Of a stretch of 64,000 nt of DNA, positions 15,401 through 22,223 are shown piece after piece. Each line of letters begins with the position of its first letter. Position 1 is the first letter of the stretch. This DNA comes from a virus. Position numbers and translations under genes: made by a program. The notes under the pieces were generated by a model. The model saw only the letters and a list, made by a program, of their open reading frames with translations. It had not been told where the DNA came from and made no database searches. The stretch is from IMG/VR virus record IMGVR_UViG_3300021964_007043; one strand, written 5' to 3'.

Positions 15401-16055
15401 AACACATTATAAGCGTTTAGATAAAGCAGAGGTTACACTACGCCAGCCATTAAACTATTATGATCAGCGAATCGAAGTTAGAAAAGGCAATCTATTAGCA
15501 GAACCAAATAAAGGTAAAAACTTACCAGGCATTATTTGGATTAATGGAGAGCGTATAGAGTACTTTGTTAAAGAAGAAAACACTCTACGTCAGCTTCGTA
15601 GAGGTACATTAGGTACAGGTATTAAAAATATTCATGAGGAAGGTTCTGAGGTTTATGACCAAAATGTTAGTAAAACTGTTCCTTATCAGGATATTACAGT
15701 GAGCAAAGCATTTATAGCAGATGGCGTAACAACAGATTTTGAACCAGGATTTGAAATATCTAATATAAACGAAGTAGAAGTATTTGCAGGCGGAACAAGA
15801 TTGCGCAAAGCATCTATAGAAGTATTTGATCCTACAGTTGCCCAAGACAGTCCAGAAGGTGACAGTACTGAATCTGCAGAGTTTAGTGTAGAAAACAATA
15901 TTGTTAGTATTGTAAATATACCAGCAGATGAAACACAAGTTATGATAGTTAAAAAGACAGGTTCTTTATGGAGCCCCGAAGGTGAACAGTTAGCACAGAC
16001 AGAAAATAACATTGCAAGATTCTTACGTGCAGGCACAAGTGAGTTACCAGAATAA
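483..16055 (+). CDS. Giant (5190 aa) virion baseplate protein, gp7 wedge-initiator-like, multidomain
   Basis: Uninterrupted ORF right after the gp6-like gene (TAATG overlap). Contains FG-GAP-like propeller blades, five short aromatic CBM5/12-like repeats, four IxxxGxGYxxxP repeats typical of T4-like baseplate/VrlC-like proteins, and C-terminal FxGDG-type repeats. Confidence 0.7.
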   Translation: MAFNDDNETNQSNSKITSSDFLPKFFRTNANKKFLQATLDQLIQPGEAEKIEGYFGRTNAKAFKATDNYIEDFSDERKNYQLEPALVSKDEFDNVTFYKDYNDYVNQLKVFGADTRNHSILNSQETYPWNPNIDWDKFVNFREYYWLPNGPQTVNVRGQAKEVVSTYTVTTVDDDDNTSYVFNDGLTRNPTLTLYRGQTYRFEVDVPGNPIAFAISRTFTPGAAILVAGTEGIRANGLYDGTLYDEEDANYDLGEFIVLPSGGSVTFEEDENVSTIYPDGIRKFGEEGEEVATVYLEKGTIELTIPENAPERLFYVSKNNIDTSGYVKIADIEENTFLNVTSDILGKKTYTSANGIEFTNGLKIRFQGDVTPDIYETDNWYVEGVGSNIKLINEKDLIIPAAYAEDNFVPFDRESFDTLPFSRANSYTGTKDYLVINRASQDRNAWSRYNKWFHKDVILKSVEYNGTENTTDESFRAKRPIIEFEAGLKLNNYGVYAKQDVDLIDTVTTDVFSNIEGQVGYRVDGVSLADNMRVLFVADPDILVNGKIYIVKFIRIGNKRQINLIEATDATPQSLETVLVTSGNKNAGKSYFYNGSSWQLCQEKIETNQEPLFDVFDIDKNSFSDTQTYNSSTFVGTKLFSYKRGTGSNDTELGFPLSYRNINNSGDIVFDFNLMLDTFTYEQDTDFFQKSINPGFLKKYKNLTDFEWVNGLSKTPQKSIQKVIRQYVVDEFENQSFEIDVYNNAATLSDLVVNVLVNNKLRKDYIIDRTNNSAYVVFNEELSDGDNVIIKTRSSAKKNINGYYDFPINLERNPQNEDFTEFTLGEVIDHVDTMIEDLRSFEGVYPGTSNLRDIGDIDVYGKRFVKHAGPINLSSYHVTNKNYNLIKALNYSRREYARFKRNFIEVSTGLGIDTNTKQHVDLILKDLNKDKLKTEPFYFSDTLAYQSANVIEYTILDVRTRSYALSQEFNLLDLTNKSVNVYLNGEQLIHGVDYDFSNPGFVDVFADFLQEGDILEIYEYDSTDGSFIPPTPTKLGLYPKYAPALTYDDTFRPEAGERPEDNIGYKIYAQSEEGYNAAGKIGWFYPLYTTLQAAQDKDLSLGGSGSAHKHMFKGSNIILYMPNTNAVHAGVDTNVYDAYPVGQPMVKGHDGSYVRCFYDYRDNLLLELEKRLFNNIKNDYNKEILNVQDFIGGEFRNSDYTREEVNSVLLRDFADWLTIVNNDYSDHYFYLRQDEFTFNYSSMKSYNGNTMPGFWRGIYQHIFDTDRPHTHPWEMLGFTIKPTWWNDVYGPAPYTADNLILWEDLQEGKIAEPGNIRYDNKYTRKDLLLHIPVNSDGSLKTPLEANIPDNFVLRPTTNNFSFGDWAPVENAWRRSSEYPFAVLTAMVLNKPAETIGLGFDISRIQRNFVGQYIYNPTSKTIKLDDILLPNTVQSSQRVMTAGLANYISNLISSNILKVYEDYQTELKSITNQLGLKIGGFTDKNKVKIILDSRSIVEDQSQNGVFVPEENYDVFLNTSSPTDLITYSGLIIEKVSNGFNIRGYSKDNPYFDYYLPLTGTRSVDITVGGIGEATTDWASRKIFAKGEVAENGGKYYRVTADFTSGATFDTENLALLPKLPVVGGKTANFKRNFSKQSIERIPYGHRFTTSQQVVDFILGYGERLKDIGFDFSYTINGRQIDDWNDSAKEFLFWTTQGWASGTLLTISPAANQLYFDRDYHVVDSLSDPFYGYTIFDENGQPLDLRFNSILRDQNSFGIEVVNTDHGLYHVALPIVQKEHVVLFDNKTVFNDIIYQPSTGYRQERLKINAYRTDNWQGGFNVPGFIFDDGQYTSWSEYKDYKIGDMVKYRQYYYIATQNIPGTNIFNDSQWYRLNEEPEKKLLTNFDYRINQFMDFYDLDNAGFDESQQELAQHLVGYQKRQYLANIINDDVSQFKFYNGFIQDKGTMNAVVKLFDSLSDNEEDKVKLYEEWAVQLGRYGSIDNEKQIEYKLTDDKLEEAPQIFEIVNSDPKVIDKIYRLLPADVNDKPEGYIHESAMPVKAVREYLKTGGYVNQDHVTYIAYDKEELANTDVNLVKLGDYIWLIETGADDWTVYQIIDTKIKAIDLEPNTGDFTEDNDPLIEITLDKWTKNNIQVGEIFGVLGASSYELEGLYEVQKAELNKIKFVSTTTPTNFENQELALVKLRPVRVTKSSEINDVVKESLLNDQRFWVDDFNNGSWAVVENNPVYSQRQVVANPSDWDSTDQEFGKTMAVTANNRTMVIGAPGDENGKITVYQRPRENSNFIVNQEITFTEEDKFDVTDSRFSQSVDISPDGEYIVVGIPNASNVKTKYKGEFNPTLGYVKGDIVKYRESLWQALREIQPKTVSQDFSTFDNYQNIIQDPSVDSTNLTLLVSGDPGLENNYVDHFLVRAPLDMYLGTKSRNFETDESGDFVSLIWNQRSFAYPTLDNYQPFNGAFPNLNASWLTNTLHEIIHKVDAVLQIPTFIALPDVGDFVTSNTGRAEVVYVSTAEDSAVIYVKEINGIFEITGELFVNETEFIGLYSLEETFTTSDLLGGYWVFKTYNSDAAPVSGWESEIVDVDGFTYRNLSSFYDVGQGLTVSDVIIAAEEGRAVRRYYNVQDDVGEIGEYVNLKNRVSFMTQLSYTGDPTDADGQDGTELVRITNKWVVRVGKQFSNDLSPGDSFNLQIYDVDVDINYDGTLLSDSIVNTEQTISEIWDGYIDCELSRFDASGFPFQPQGRYYHDGTILQTRDRGDVIIDVQTASDGSGGLAVSALAPNSAAEVMYVQRDFNKLRLYVRLLDEYTEADGTVVSVSGTFEELNNIGRYELKRLANDDIRGSGDVDRVFGEVESSQNDIVVGTSVVGKLLVFEADSDFVNSSNSWTDTPILSDIEYYFFREGINPGIPLDENPPYSLNKDYRQLFNMPVDEFGTSNGFANEGVIAIYRRKNDSTYALQKTLASLYFKEDRQFGSKVRIVQNNKYYTLLVSASGSGTKENAGQIEIFRHGIRPTDAFSGDYQVRDYEIDEIVYYKDEYYEAIRSVPSIVIPTDPVYWRNISWRYGKDVNYRGEWNNAYSYAEDNIVLKDNTLYKATTNISQDVPFTTSDWTEVDSRIDYVGYLPNLTGQTLYDEDIYDPATDVLQFTQTFDISDDAEVLVVKSELAASDSTTKKRIVVYRAIDNKFAVDQIIESPNNDTEWGENISLNPQGDKFAVSASKNDEAGTDKGIVYIYKLQNGQFVLDQMLTSQQNEVAEEFGHALDFGSENLLISSLNGDQKIPTTFDSETTFFDSRFTKFENIKLDKGVIYIYEDLNNELVYSENIIYPSVQATFGENLYNVKNHIYVGIPLQSSGTWDAENDTLDGYRGQVVNFRKDVGSTAWERLDTQVLPVDVDKISGITLYNKRTNTFISRLDYIDPLQGKIAGPAEQEIDYKAGFDPANYNTGLASDFLVDPARYWGKEHVGETWWATNGARFTYPYRGSINDQKRDWNKLIRGSSIDIFEWVESDYVPQVWDELADTDNGLKLGISGQSVYGNTRYSTQLTYDKISQNFRAKYYFWVQNKRTIPTDYKPKRKLNCVDISNLIENPRLQGYKYASLIGANRFILNNCNDLIQGDDVILQIRYKEDTENVINRHNEYQILSEGLETSFIHPDIERKWWDSLIGFDTNLRPVPDLGIPANKRYGIQNRPRQSMFKNRFEALKQTIERVNLAVESQLLIDSYDLSRLLEKEAQPLETTGQYDTKITNYSDIRFVSTNKVQQAEIDLVISNGRIVSANIINAGRGYKVAPSFDIEGPGSGVIIDFTINNLGQITAVNISNSGSGYLDTTRLIVRPFSVLVETNENLYGKWTIYSWNGSSWYVRSIQDYDVSNYWEYQDWYAEGFNQFSTINYSVKGTYLLPSLTDQLGDIVKVESTGSGGWILLQKVASGYTEDYTENYNVVGREKGTIYFKESLYDYSVNAVGFDNRSFDSFFYDNNPVKELRIILETLRDDIFVNDLAAEYNNLFFVSVRYALAEQPGLDWIFKTSFVKAKYNVSELRNDLTFNSDNLKSFEDYLKEVKPYKTKIREYVDVYDKVDPTNTSVTDFDLPPFYSVSDGTIVPNRSVVKNSNIDTVNTTEFDEYPRKHFIENVGYTVTEIKIKDGGSGYTFTPKINIIGESTRQAKAVAYIGYGKITNVKITDPGSGYITSPIVEIQGAQTDDGTPARLSVILGDSPIRTAHLRIKFDRHSGTVFIEELQEVETFTGNNVQAQFELEWPMDVDRKKVSITIDGKELLNSAYTYENVENTDKTYTRQNGKITFATPPLQGEQIVVSYYKPIDMLAAQDRIHHFYEPMTGMLGKDFSQLMKGIDYGGVEVKSIDFAGPSGWDTAGWYTDTWDTFDNTYEDEVFVADGSTIFVELSKPLESGIIYNVYKGESGSVNLVRLDDPNFGTEQQVNEDAIIESITGDSTTTVIDLDTLGISFNDGETLVVRKVSSDGSITPDPTSYDTQISGGDLPYATAKGVNAEEIVVDGDGFINPVTHAGPEELIPGLVTDALDIKVYTRDQDGNGVIHSQSYTTDGIRTKFSLGTIPSTKYAVFVKINDILVVDTEYTIDWTNNILTLNSVPAANQELNIIAQSLGTNSLLDYGKHITDGSTSEIITTVDWVDGASVSASVDGEPIDIIVFNSKDEGYDLPNPKVGIRFEEILLEDRVVHYAVFSSNDITNYSRVIVSNFIGDGSRTAFTLDDVPFTAVPLEHKIIVKVGNKILNPGYNIKFTIPENNQRTYAFESFQQAIGTLDVEELKVFLNGEEIFSPIDWRYDVANATILLTDNTGQPGDTLEIFAIADGEYAFGYLNGSDVWIDTPGTLHLDTPPLLGEELEVYQFSNHDFLGIERINYDVVDRGSRSIASEVTTYRLLKSGTIRLREPAVDAQYVWVSKNNELLTPSVDYYINDDKTEVKLVQTPADDDVIDILHFTAPVGAAKFAYRQFKDMLNRTHYKRLDKAEVTLRQPLNYYDQRIEVRKGNLLAEPNKGKNLPGIIWINGERIEYFVKEENTLRQLRRGTLGTGIKNIHEEGSEVYDQNVSKTVPYQDITVSKAFIADGVTTDFEPGFEISNINEVEVFAGGTRLRKASIEVFDPTVAQDSPEGDSTESAEFSVENNIVSIVNIPADETQVMIVKKTGSLWSPEGEQLAQTENNIARFLRAGTSELPE

Positions 16056-16058
16056 ATA
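16052..16058 (+). promoter_or_regulatory. T4-late-like promoter box ATAAATA
   Basis: Overlaps the stop codon of the giant gene. Followed by AGGA and the ATG at 16075. Confidence 0.5.
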
Positions 16059-16074
16059 CAGTATAGGAAAAGTG

Positions 16075-16674
16075 ATGAGTAACATGCAAGACACAAACAA
16101 TTTTTTGGTTCAAGGACATATTAAAATCTTTGATCCTCAAACACAAGAGATTCTAGTAAACAAGCGTAATGCAATACATTATGAAAATATGAGTATTGCA
16201 ATGGCAGAAAGTCTAGGAAACGAAGGACAAGGATATATTTCAACCATGGCACTAGGCAATGGCGGAACAAGTGTTGATCCTACAGGTATTATTACATACC
16301 TTACACCAAACAGTACAGGTGCAAATGCAAGTTTGTATAACGAAACATATACTAAGATTGTAGATGATAGAAATGTTAATAACACTGATCCAGCACGTAA
16401 TAAAATAGAAATAAGACACTTGAGCGGTACTTCCTATACTGATATTGTTGTAAGCTGTTTATTAGATTACGGTGAGCCAGACGGACAGCAAGCGTTCGAT
16501 ACTGCAACAGGATCTGATAATGCTTATGTCTTTGATGAACTAGGATTAAAAAGTTACTCTGCAACAGGCGAAGGAAGATTACTAACACATGTTATTTTCC
16601 ATCCTGTACAAAAGTCATTAAACAGACTTATACAGATAGATTATACAGTGCGTGTACAGAGTTTAACAGGGTAA
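16075..16674 (+). CDS. Conserved-type virion protein (baseplate/fibre attachment-like)
   Basis: Start moved from 16012 to the ATG at 16075 (SD AGGA upstream, avoids overlap with the giant ORF). Motifs MALGNGG...FDELGL...LLTHVIF...IDYTVRV resemble fibre N-terminal/baseplate-docking domains. Lies between wedge and fibre genes. Confidence 0.5.
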   Translation: MSNMQDTNNFLVQGHIKIFDPQTQEILVNKRNAIHYENMSIAMAESLGNEGQGYISTMALGNGGTSVDPTGIITYLTPNSTGANASLYNETYTKIVDDRNVNNTDPARNKIEIRHLSGTSYTDIVVSCLLDYGEPDGQQAFDTATGSDNAYVFDELGLKSYSATGEGRLLTHVIFHPVQKSLNRLIQIDYTVRVQSLTG

Positions 16675-16684
16675 GGAATAAAAT

Positions 16685-18772
16685 ATGGCATATGAAATAA
16701 ACTATACTGACTCTGTTAACAAAGGTACTATTGTTATAGAAGACGGCACCCTTAACCAGGATACTAGTTTACAGTTTCCTGGAAGACAGAGAACTGATTA
16801 TGGTTCGGCTATTAACACAAACTTTTTACATTTATTAGAAAACTTTGCAAATAGTTCGGCTCCTGCTAGTCCTGTAGAAGGACAGTTATGGTATGATAAT
16901 ACAGACGGTATTGACCAGTTAAAGATTTATGACGGTACACAGTGGGTAACTGCTGGCGGACTTAAAAAAGCAGGAAGTGCTCCGGAAGTAGCAAACTCTA
17001 ACCCAGGCGATTTATGGGCTAATACAGCTACACAGCAGTTATACTTGTTTACAGGATCAAACTGGATATTAGTTGGTCCTGAGTTTAGTGACGGATTGCT
17101 TACAGGTACAGCAGCAGAAAATATTCTTGGTGACGACGATGTTGCATACAATATACTAACAGTAAAGATTGAAGACGAAGTTGCTGCAATTTTTAGTGCG
17201 CAAGAGTTTGTTCCAAAAGTTACAATACCAGGATTTAGATCAGGGGTTAAGGCAGGTTTAAATCTTAGTGACGAAGCACTAGTTGGTACAGAAACATTAA
17301 AATATTATGGAACAGCTGAAAAAGCAGAAGCACTTGTAATAGGCGGAGAATCAGTACCTGCAAGTAACTTCTTAAGAAGTAACTCAAGTTCAACTACTAA
17401 CTTTGATTTAAAAGTTAAAAATAATGAAGGTATTCAAATTGGAACAGGTGGACAACTTGGTCTTTTAGTAAGCGGACAAGCAGGCGTTATTCAACATAAC
17501 ACTTCAGGTTCAAATATTGACTTTCGTTTACGTAACGGAGATTTAATACCTACGGTAATGCGCTTAGATTCTGCAGGAAATGTAGGTATTAATACAGGTG
17601 CTCCAGAACAGAAACTTGAAGTTTCTGGAAATATAAAAGTTAACCCAGAATCGGGTGTTCCGGATAGCGGATTTATACAAGTAGAAAGTACAGTCCAATC
17701 TTCGAACATTAGTACAGGTTCTATTAGAACTAAAGGCGGACTAGGTGTAGCTAGAGATACGTTCATAGGCGGAAATCTTACAGTTGAAGGAGCAACAACA
17801 ACTGCTAATATTGCTCCAGATAACCCTGCTTCAAGGAATATAGGTACTGCAAACAATAAGTTTGATCAAGTTTATGCAAATAACTTTATAGGAAATTTGC
17901 AAGGTAACGTTAGTGGTACAGTTTCGGGCAGAGCTGGATCTGCTGATAAACTTGCTAGTGCTACTACATTTTCTGCAACAGGTGATGTTGACAATGTAAG
18001 TTTTGAGTTTGACGGACAATCTGGCGGCAGCACTAAAACATTTAACTTAAGAGTTTCAAACAGTTTTATTAGTAATAAAAACGTTACTTATGATGCTGGA
18101 AATGCAGACGAGTTATTACTTAATGTTAAAACAGGAACAACTGGGGTATATAGAATTACTAAACGTAACTTCTTAAAAACAATACCTTTAAATCCACCAG
18201 GTATTATATTACCATTTGGTGGAGAAGAATCACCAGACGGGTGGTTATTATGCGATGGTAGTGAAGTTAAGATTTCAGACTATACTGCGCTGTTTAATGT
18301 AATCAGGTATAACTTTAAAGATGCAAGTTTGCTTGCTGACGAAGGTGTGAATAGTTTTGCATTGCCTGATATGAGAGGACGTTTTCCATTAGGCCTGGAT
18401 AACATGGGCGGGCCTAGTATAAACAGAGTTACAGATATTGCTGCTGACTCAATAGGTGGTAATGCTGGTGACGAAGGTGCAACTATTGAACTTGAAAACT
18501 TACCAGAACATGAACACGACATGGAAGGCGATTCAGGTACACAGTACTATGCAACACGAGTTGGCTCCGGAGCAGTTCTAGACGATGAAGCAGTTTCATT
18601 GACTATTGAACCAGGAGCAGGAGGCACACAAGGGTATGCATCAAGTGGCGGTGTTAAACAACCAAATACAGTAACAGATTCACTGGGTAACATTGTTCCT
18701 CGACTAGGCGAAGAACTTAATGTTATGAATCCTTACTTAGCATTAAATTATATTATCTATACTGGAGAATAA
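16685..18772 (+). CDS. Tail fibre protein with C-terminal phage tail collar domain
   Basis: PPGIILPFGG..PDGWLLCDG...FALPDMRGRFPLG...HEH...NPYLALNYII is the tail collar (gp12/MdpB-like) signature. N-terminal domain shared with the next two genes. Confidence 0.8.
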   Translation: MAYEINYTDSVNKGTIVIEDGTLNQDTSLQFPGRQRTDYGSAINTNFLHLLENFANSSAPASPVEGQLWYDNTDGIDQLKIYDGTQWVTAGGLKKAGSAPEVANSNPGDLWANTATQQLYLFTGSNWILVGPEFSDGLLTGTAAENILGDDDVAYNILTVKIEDEVAAIFSAQEFVPKVTIPGFRSGVKAGLNLSDEALVGTETLKYYGTAEKAEALVIGGESVPASNFLRSNSSSTTNFDLKVKNNEGIQIGTGGQLGLLVSGQAGVIQHNTSGSNIDFRLRNGDLIPTVMRLDSAGNVGINTGAPEQKLEVSGNIKVNPESGVPDSGFIQVESTVQSSNISTGSIRTKGGLGVARDTFIGGNLTVEGATTTANIAPDNPASRNIGTANNKFDQVYANNFIGNLQGNVSGTVSGRAGSADKLASATTFSATGDVDNVSFEFDGQSGGSTKTFNLRVSNSFISNKNVTYDAGNADELLLNVKTGTTGVYRITKRNFLKTIPLNPPGIILPFGGEESPDGWLLCDGSEVKISDYTALFNVIRYNFKDASLLADEGVNSFALPDMRGRFPLGLDNMGGPSINRVTDIAADSIGGNAGDEGATIELENLPEHEHDMEGDSGTQYYATRVGSGAVLDDEAVSLTIEPGAGGTQGYASSGGVKQPNTVTDSLGNIVPRLGEELNVMNPYLALNYIIYTGE

Positions 18773-18773
18773 A

Positions 18774-20681
18774 GTGAGTTATCAGTTAAACAAAACAAAT
18801 GGAGATTTATTAACAGACCTAGTAGACGGACAAATAGATAATAGTTCTACAAACTTAGTACTAGTAGGACGCAACTATAGCGGATATGGTGAATATTTTA
18901 ACGAAAACTTTATCAAGCTATTAGAAAATTTTGCAAACACAGCAGCTCCTAGTAATCCTTTACAAGGTCAAACTTGGTGGGATAATACTGAACAACGGTT
19001 AAAAGTTTATGATGGCACACAGTGGAAAGCCTCCGGCGGCCCTTTTGTTCAAGACGATCAACCCCAAATGGTTGCAGGTGATTTATGGATTGATAATCTA
19101 AAAAATCAAATGTATGCATTTGACGGAACAGATTTATTTTTAGTAGGTCCTCAATATACAACAGCACAAGGCAAAAGTGGATTTGAAATAGGAAGTTTGC
19201 TAGATGAACAAAGTAGATCTAGAACAGTAGTTTATCTTTATGCAGCAAATACATTATTAGCAGTTATTAGTTATCTTGACTTTACACCTATTTACAGTCA
19301 AAGAATATTAGGACTAGTTACAGATGCTAATCCGGACGGTAGAATATTTACTGGATTTAATATTATTGATAAAGACAATTTTAAATACAGAGGTATTGCA
19401 GAGTCAGCAAACGCACTTGTAACAGGTGCCGGAGTTGTAAGAACTGCTGATTCATTCTTACCATCAAATGCTAATGGTGAGACAGTTGGTACATTGAAGA
19501 TACTTAACAATGGTGGTCTAACTATTGGTGCTTCACAAGCAAACGTACAAAAAGTAGTTGGTCCTAGATTTTATATTGAAAACCAGCTTAATGACGATGA
19601 TATAAGTCTACGTGTTAGTTCATCTAGTTATGGTAGTATTACCGTTGATGCACTTTATATTGATGCTAGTGAAGGGCGTGTAGGTATATTTACTACTGAA
19701 AGATTGCCTGAATATACACTTGATGTTGAAGGCGATTTAAGAGTTACAGGAAACTTGCTAGTAGAAGGTGAAACAACTAGTATAGATGTTTCTACACTTC
19801 GTGTTGAAGATAAAAACATTGAAATAGCTAAGACTAGTGACGGAGATATATTAGATGCAGTTGACGCTGACGGCGCCGGATTGACACTAGAAACAAATGA
19901 TGATGGATCTAAGACATGGACATGGATTAATGTACAAGATTCTTGGACATCAAATGTACATATTAATTTAAGTGACGATACAAAAACTTATAAAATAGGC
20001 GGTCAGCCAAAACTTACAGATACAAGTTTAACAAATATTACAGATGCAACAGATCTTGTAAGAATAAGTTCAACATTAGAATATTTAAATATTGACGATA
20101 TAAACATAAATGGCGCTACTATTACAAATAGTGCAATAGCACTAAGTCCGTTAACATTTACATCTTCAACAGGTTTAAATATTACAGCTGGCGGTGACAT
20201 TGCGATACAAGATAGTCAGAAGATTACAGGACTTGCAGACCCCACTGATAATCAGGATGCTGCTACAAAGTTTTATGTAGATGATCAGATCGCAACAGAA
20301 ACTATTGTATTTTCTCTAGACATTACAGGCTTATTAGATCCAAATCCGATTGGAACATCGGATGGTCCTATTAACGATGTTGCAGCAATATTACAATCAT
20401 TATATCCTGCACAAGGTCAAAATAATGGTAAGATTGCAAGGATACATGCAACATCGTATGCAGGTGCAAGTGCAACATTGGCAGCAGCAGATATTAACGC
20501 TGCAATCAACTATAGTAGAATAGATGTTGATTCAAACGGCACACAAAATGAATCTGTTGTACAAGACTTTACATTTAGTAACATTGACGGTGATGTTACA
20601 CTAATACCTTCAAGGTATACACTAATATTTGAATCAAACGGTTCATCATGGTCACATGTGTCAACAGCGGCATATACATAA
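18774..20681 (+). CDS. Tail fibre-like virion protein (paralogous N-terminus)
   Basis: GTG start with GGAG SD. N-terminal GRNYSGYGEYFNENFIKLLENFAN..P.NPL.GQTWWD aligns with 16685 and 20719. Gly/Thr-rich beta-repeat body. Confidence 0.7.
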   Translation: MSYQLNKTNGDLLTDLVDGQIDNSSTNLVLVGRNYSGYGEYFNENFIKLLENFANTAAPSNPLQGQTWWDNTEQRLKVYDGTQWKASGGPFVQDDQPQMVAGDLWIDNLKNQMYAFDGTDLFLVGPQYTTAQGKSGFEIGSLLDEQSRSRTVVYLYAANTLLAVISYLDFTPIYSQRILGLVTDANPDGRIFTGFNIIDKDNFKYRGIAESANALVTGAGVVRTADSFLPSNANGETVGTLKILNNGGLTIGASQANVQKVVGPRFYIENQLNDDDISLRVSSSSYGSITVDALYIDASEGRVGIFTTERLPEYTLDVEGDLRVTGNLLVEGETTSIDVSTLRVEDKNIEIAKTSDGDILDAVDADGAGLTLETNDDGSKTWTWINVQDSWTSNVHINLSDDTKTYKIGGQPKLTDTSLTNITDATDLVRISSTLEYLNIDDININGATITNSAIALSPLTFTSSTGLNITAGGDIAIQDSQKITGLADPTDNQDAATKFYVDDQIATETIVFSLDITGLLDPNPIGTSDGPINDVAAILQSLYPAQGQNNGKIARIHATSYAGASATLAAADINAAINYSRIDVDSNGTQNESVVQDFTFSNIDGDVTLIPSRYTLIFESNGSSWSHVSTAAYT

Positions 20682-20685
20682 ATGG

Positions 20686-20692
20686 ATAAATA
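20686..20692 (+). promoter_or_regulatory. T4-late-like promoter box ATAAATA
   Basis: In the 37-bp gap before the ATG at 20719, followed by an AGGGG SD. Confidence 0.5.
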
Positions 20693-20718
20693 ATATTATA
20701 ACACTAGGGGTTACATAA

Positions 20719-22212
20719 ATGGCGTATCAAATTGATAGATATAATAATACACTGTTAACAAGTGTAGAAGACGGCACAATAGATCAAACTACTGACCTTA
20801 AGTTCATTGGTAAGAACTATGCTGGTTACGGTGAAATACAAAACGAAAACTTTTTGTTCTTGCTAGAAAACTTTAGCGGAGCAAATCAACCTTCAAGACC
20901 AATAAGCGGTCAAAACTGGTTTGATAGTGGTGCAAGTAAAATGAAGTTTTACGATGGCACACAATGGAGAACTTCGGGTGGTGCTGAAGTAAGTGCAACT
21001 GAACCTTCAGGATTAGCAGAAGGTGATTTTTGGTGGGATAACCAAAACGAACAACTATATGCACAAGGTTCAAGCGGATTTGTACTAGTAGGACCGCAAA
21101 CAGCAGGCGAAGGTGTAACCCAAATGCAAAGCCTGTCGGTGCAAGATTTAAGCGGCACCGCTAAAATTATTATTGCTGCTACTATTGAAGATACTATAGT
21201 ATACGTTATTAGTCCAGATGAGTTTACACTAAACGCAGTAACGCCATTAGAAGGTTTTGATAGAATCAAAAAAGGTTTGACCCTAAAGTGGACAAAAGCA
21301 GCTGACAATGGTGTTACAAATAGTGCATCAGTAAGCGGCCAAGATTTTTATTATTGGGGTACTGCTTCAAACTCTGAAAAGTTAGGCGGATTACCAGCAA
21401 GCAGTTTTGTACAAGTTTCGTCAGGATCAAACACTGTTTTTAACGAAGCAGTTGAGTTTCCAGATAGCGGTGTACTTGTTGGTGACAGCCAAGATTTTCA
21501 GCTTATAGTTGAAAACGGAGACGAAGGTGTCATCCAAAATATTTCCGGAACAAATAGTATTGTAAAAGTAAAAGTTACAGACGGTACTGGCTCATTAACT
21601 CATATGGCTACATTTAATATTAATGGCCTTATTCCAGCAGCAGACAATACTTTTGATATTGGTAGCTCAAGTTTAGCATGGAAAAACATACATGCATATA
21701 GTTTTGTAGGTGAAGCAACTAAAGCAACATCGGTGCGTGTCGGAACAGACTTCCGTACAGCAAGCGTAAGTGCATCAAATAATACTGTAGCAGTACGTGA
21801 TGCAACTGGCAACTTAGCAGCAAATCTATTCCAAGGTACTGCTACACAAGCACGTTACGCTGACTTAGCAGAAAAATATACAACAGAATCAGAGTATGCA
21901 GTAGGTACTGTAGTAGCAGTTTGTGCTCATGAAGAACATGAGATGGCACTTGCTACTCCAGCAAGCATTGTTTCAGGTGTTATTTCCGACAAGCCTGCTT
22001 ACTTAATGAATGCAGAAGCAGAAGGACAAGCTATTGCACTAGTCGGAAGAGTTCCTGTGAGAGTAACTGGTCCGGTAAATAAAGGTGATGCAGTAAAAGT
22101 TTTTGCTGATGGTATTGCTTCTGTTGATGGATTAGGAGATATGGTCGGCGTTGCGTTAGAGTCTAACAGCGACGAGGCCGAAAAACTAGTAGAGTGCATA
22201 TTAAAAGTTTAA
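20719..22212 (+). CDS. Tail fibre/spike with C-terminal intramolecular-chaperone (peptidase G2-like) domain
   Basis: Same N-terminal domain as the two preceding genes. C-terminal ARYADLAEKY...VGTVV...PAYLMN...IALVGRVPVRVTGPVNKGD is typical of G2-type autocleaving chaperones. Confidence 0.7.
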   Translation: MAYQIDRYNNTLLTSVEDGTIDQTTDLKFIGKNYAGYGEIQNENFLFLLENFSGANQPSRPISGQNWFDSGASKMKFYDGTQWRTSGGAEVSATEPSGLAEGDFWWDNQNEQLYAQGSSGFVLVGPQTAGEGVTQMQSLSVQDLSGTAKIIIAATIEDTIVYVISPDEFTLNAVTPLEGFDRIKKGLTLKWTKAADNGVTNSASVSGQDFYYWGTASNSEKLGGLPASSFVQVSSGSNTVFNEAVEFPDSGVLVGDSQDFQLIVENGDEGVIQNISGTNSIVKVKVTDGTGSLTHMATFNINGLIPAADNTFDIGSSSLAWKNIHAYSFVGEATKATSVRVGTDFRTASVSASNNTVAVRDATGNLAANLFQGTATQARYADLAEKYTTESEYAVGTVVAVCAHEEHEMALATPASIVSGVISDKPAYLMNAEAEGQAIALVGRVPVRVTGPVNKGDAVKVFADGIASVDGLGDMVGVALESNSDEAEKLVECILKV

Positions 22213-22223
22213 GGATATTATAG

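Noticed and set aside
483-16055. Intein, intron or stop-codon recoding explaining the giant ORF
   Set aside because: No intein C/S...HN-C/S/T signature or LAGLIDADG motif was noticed. Genes across the window end in TAA, TAG and TGA and tile normally under code 11.
16012-16074. Upstream extensions of ORF-track starts (16012, 30834, 32840, 36391, 58979, 59479, 60141)
   Set aside because: Each overlaps a neighbour or a promoter box. Downstream ATGs with SD sites, coupling overlaps or promoter geometry fit better.
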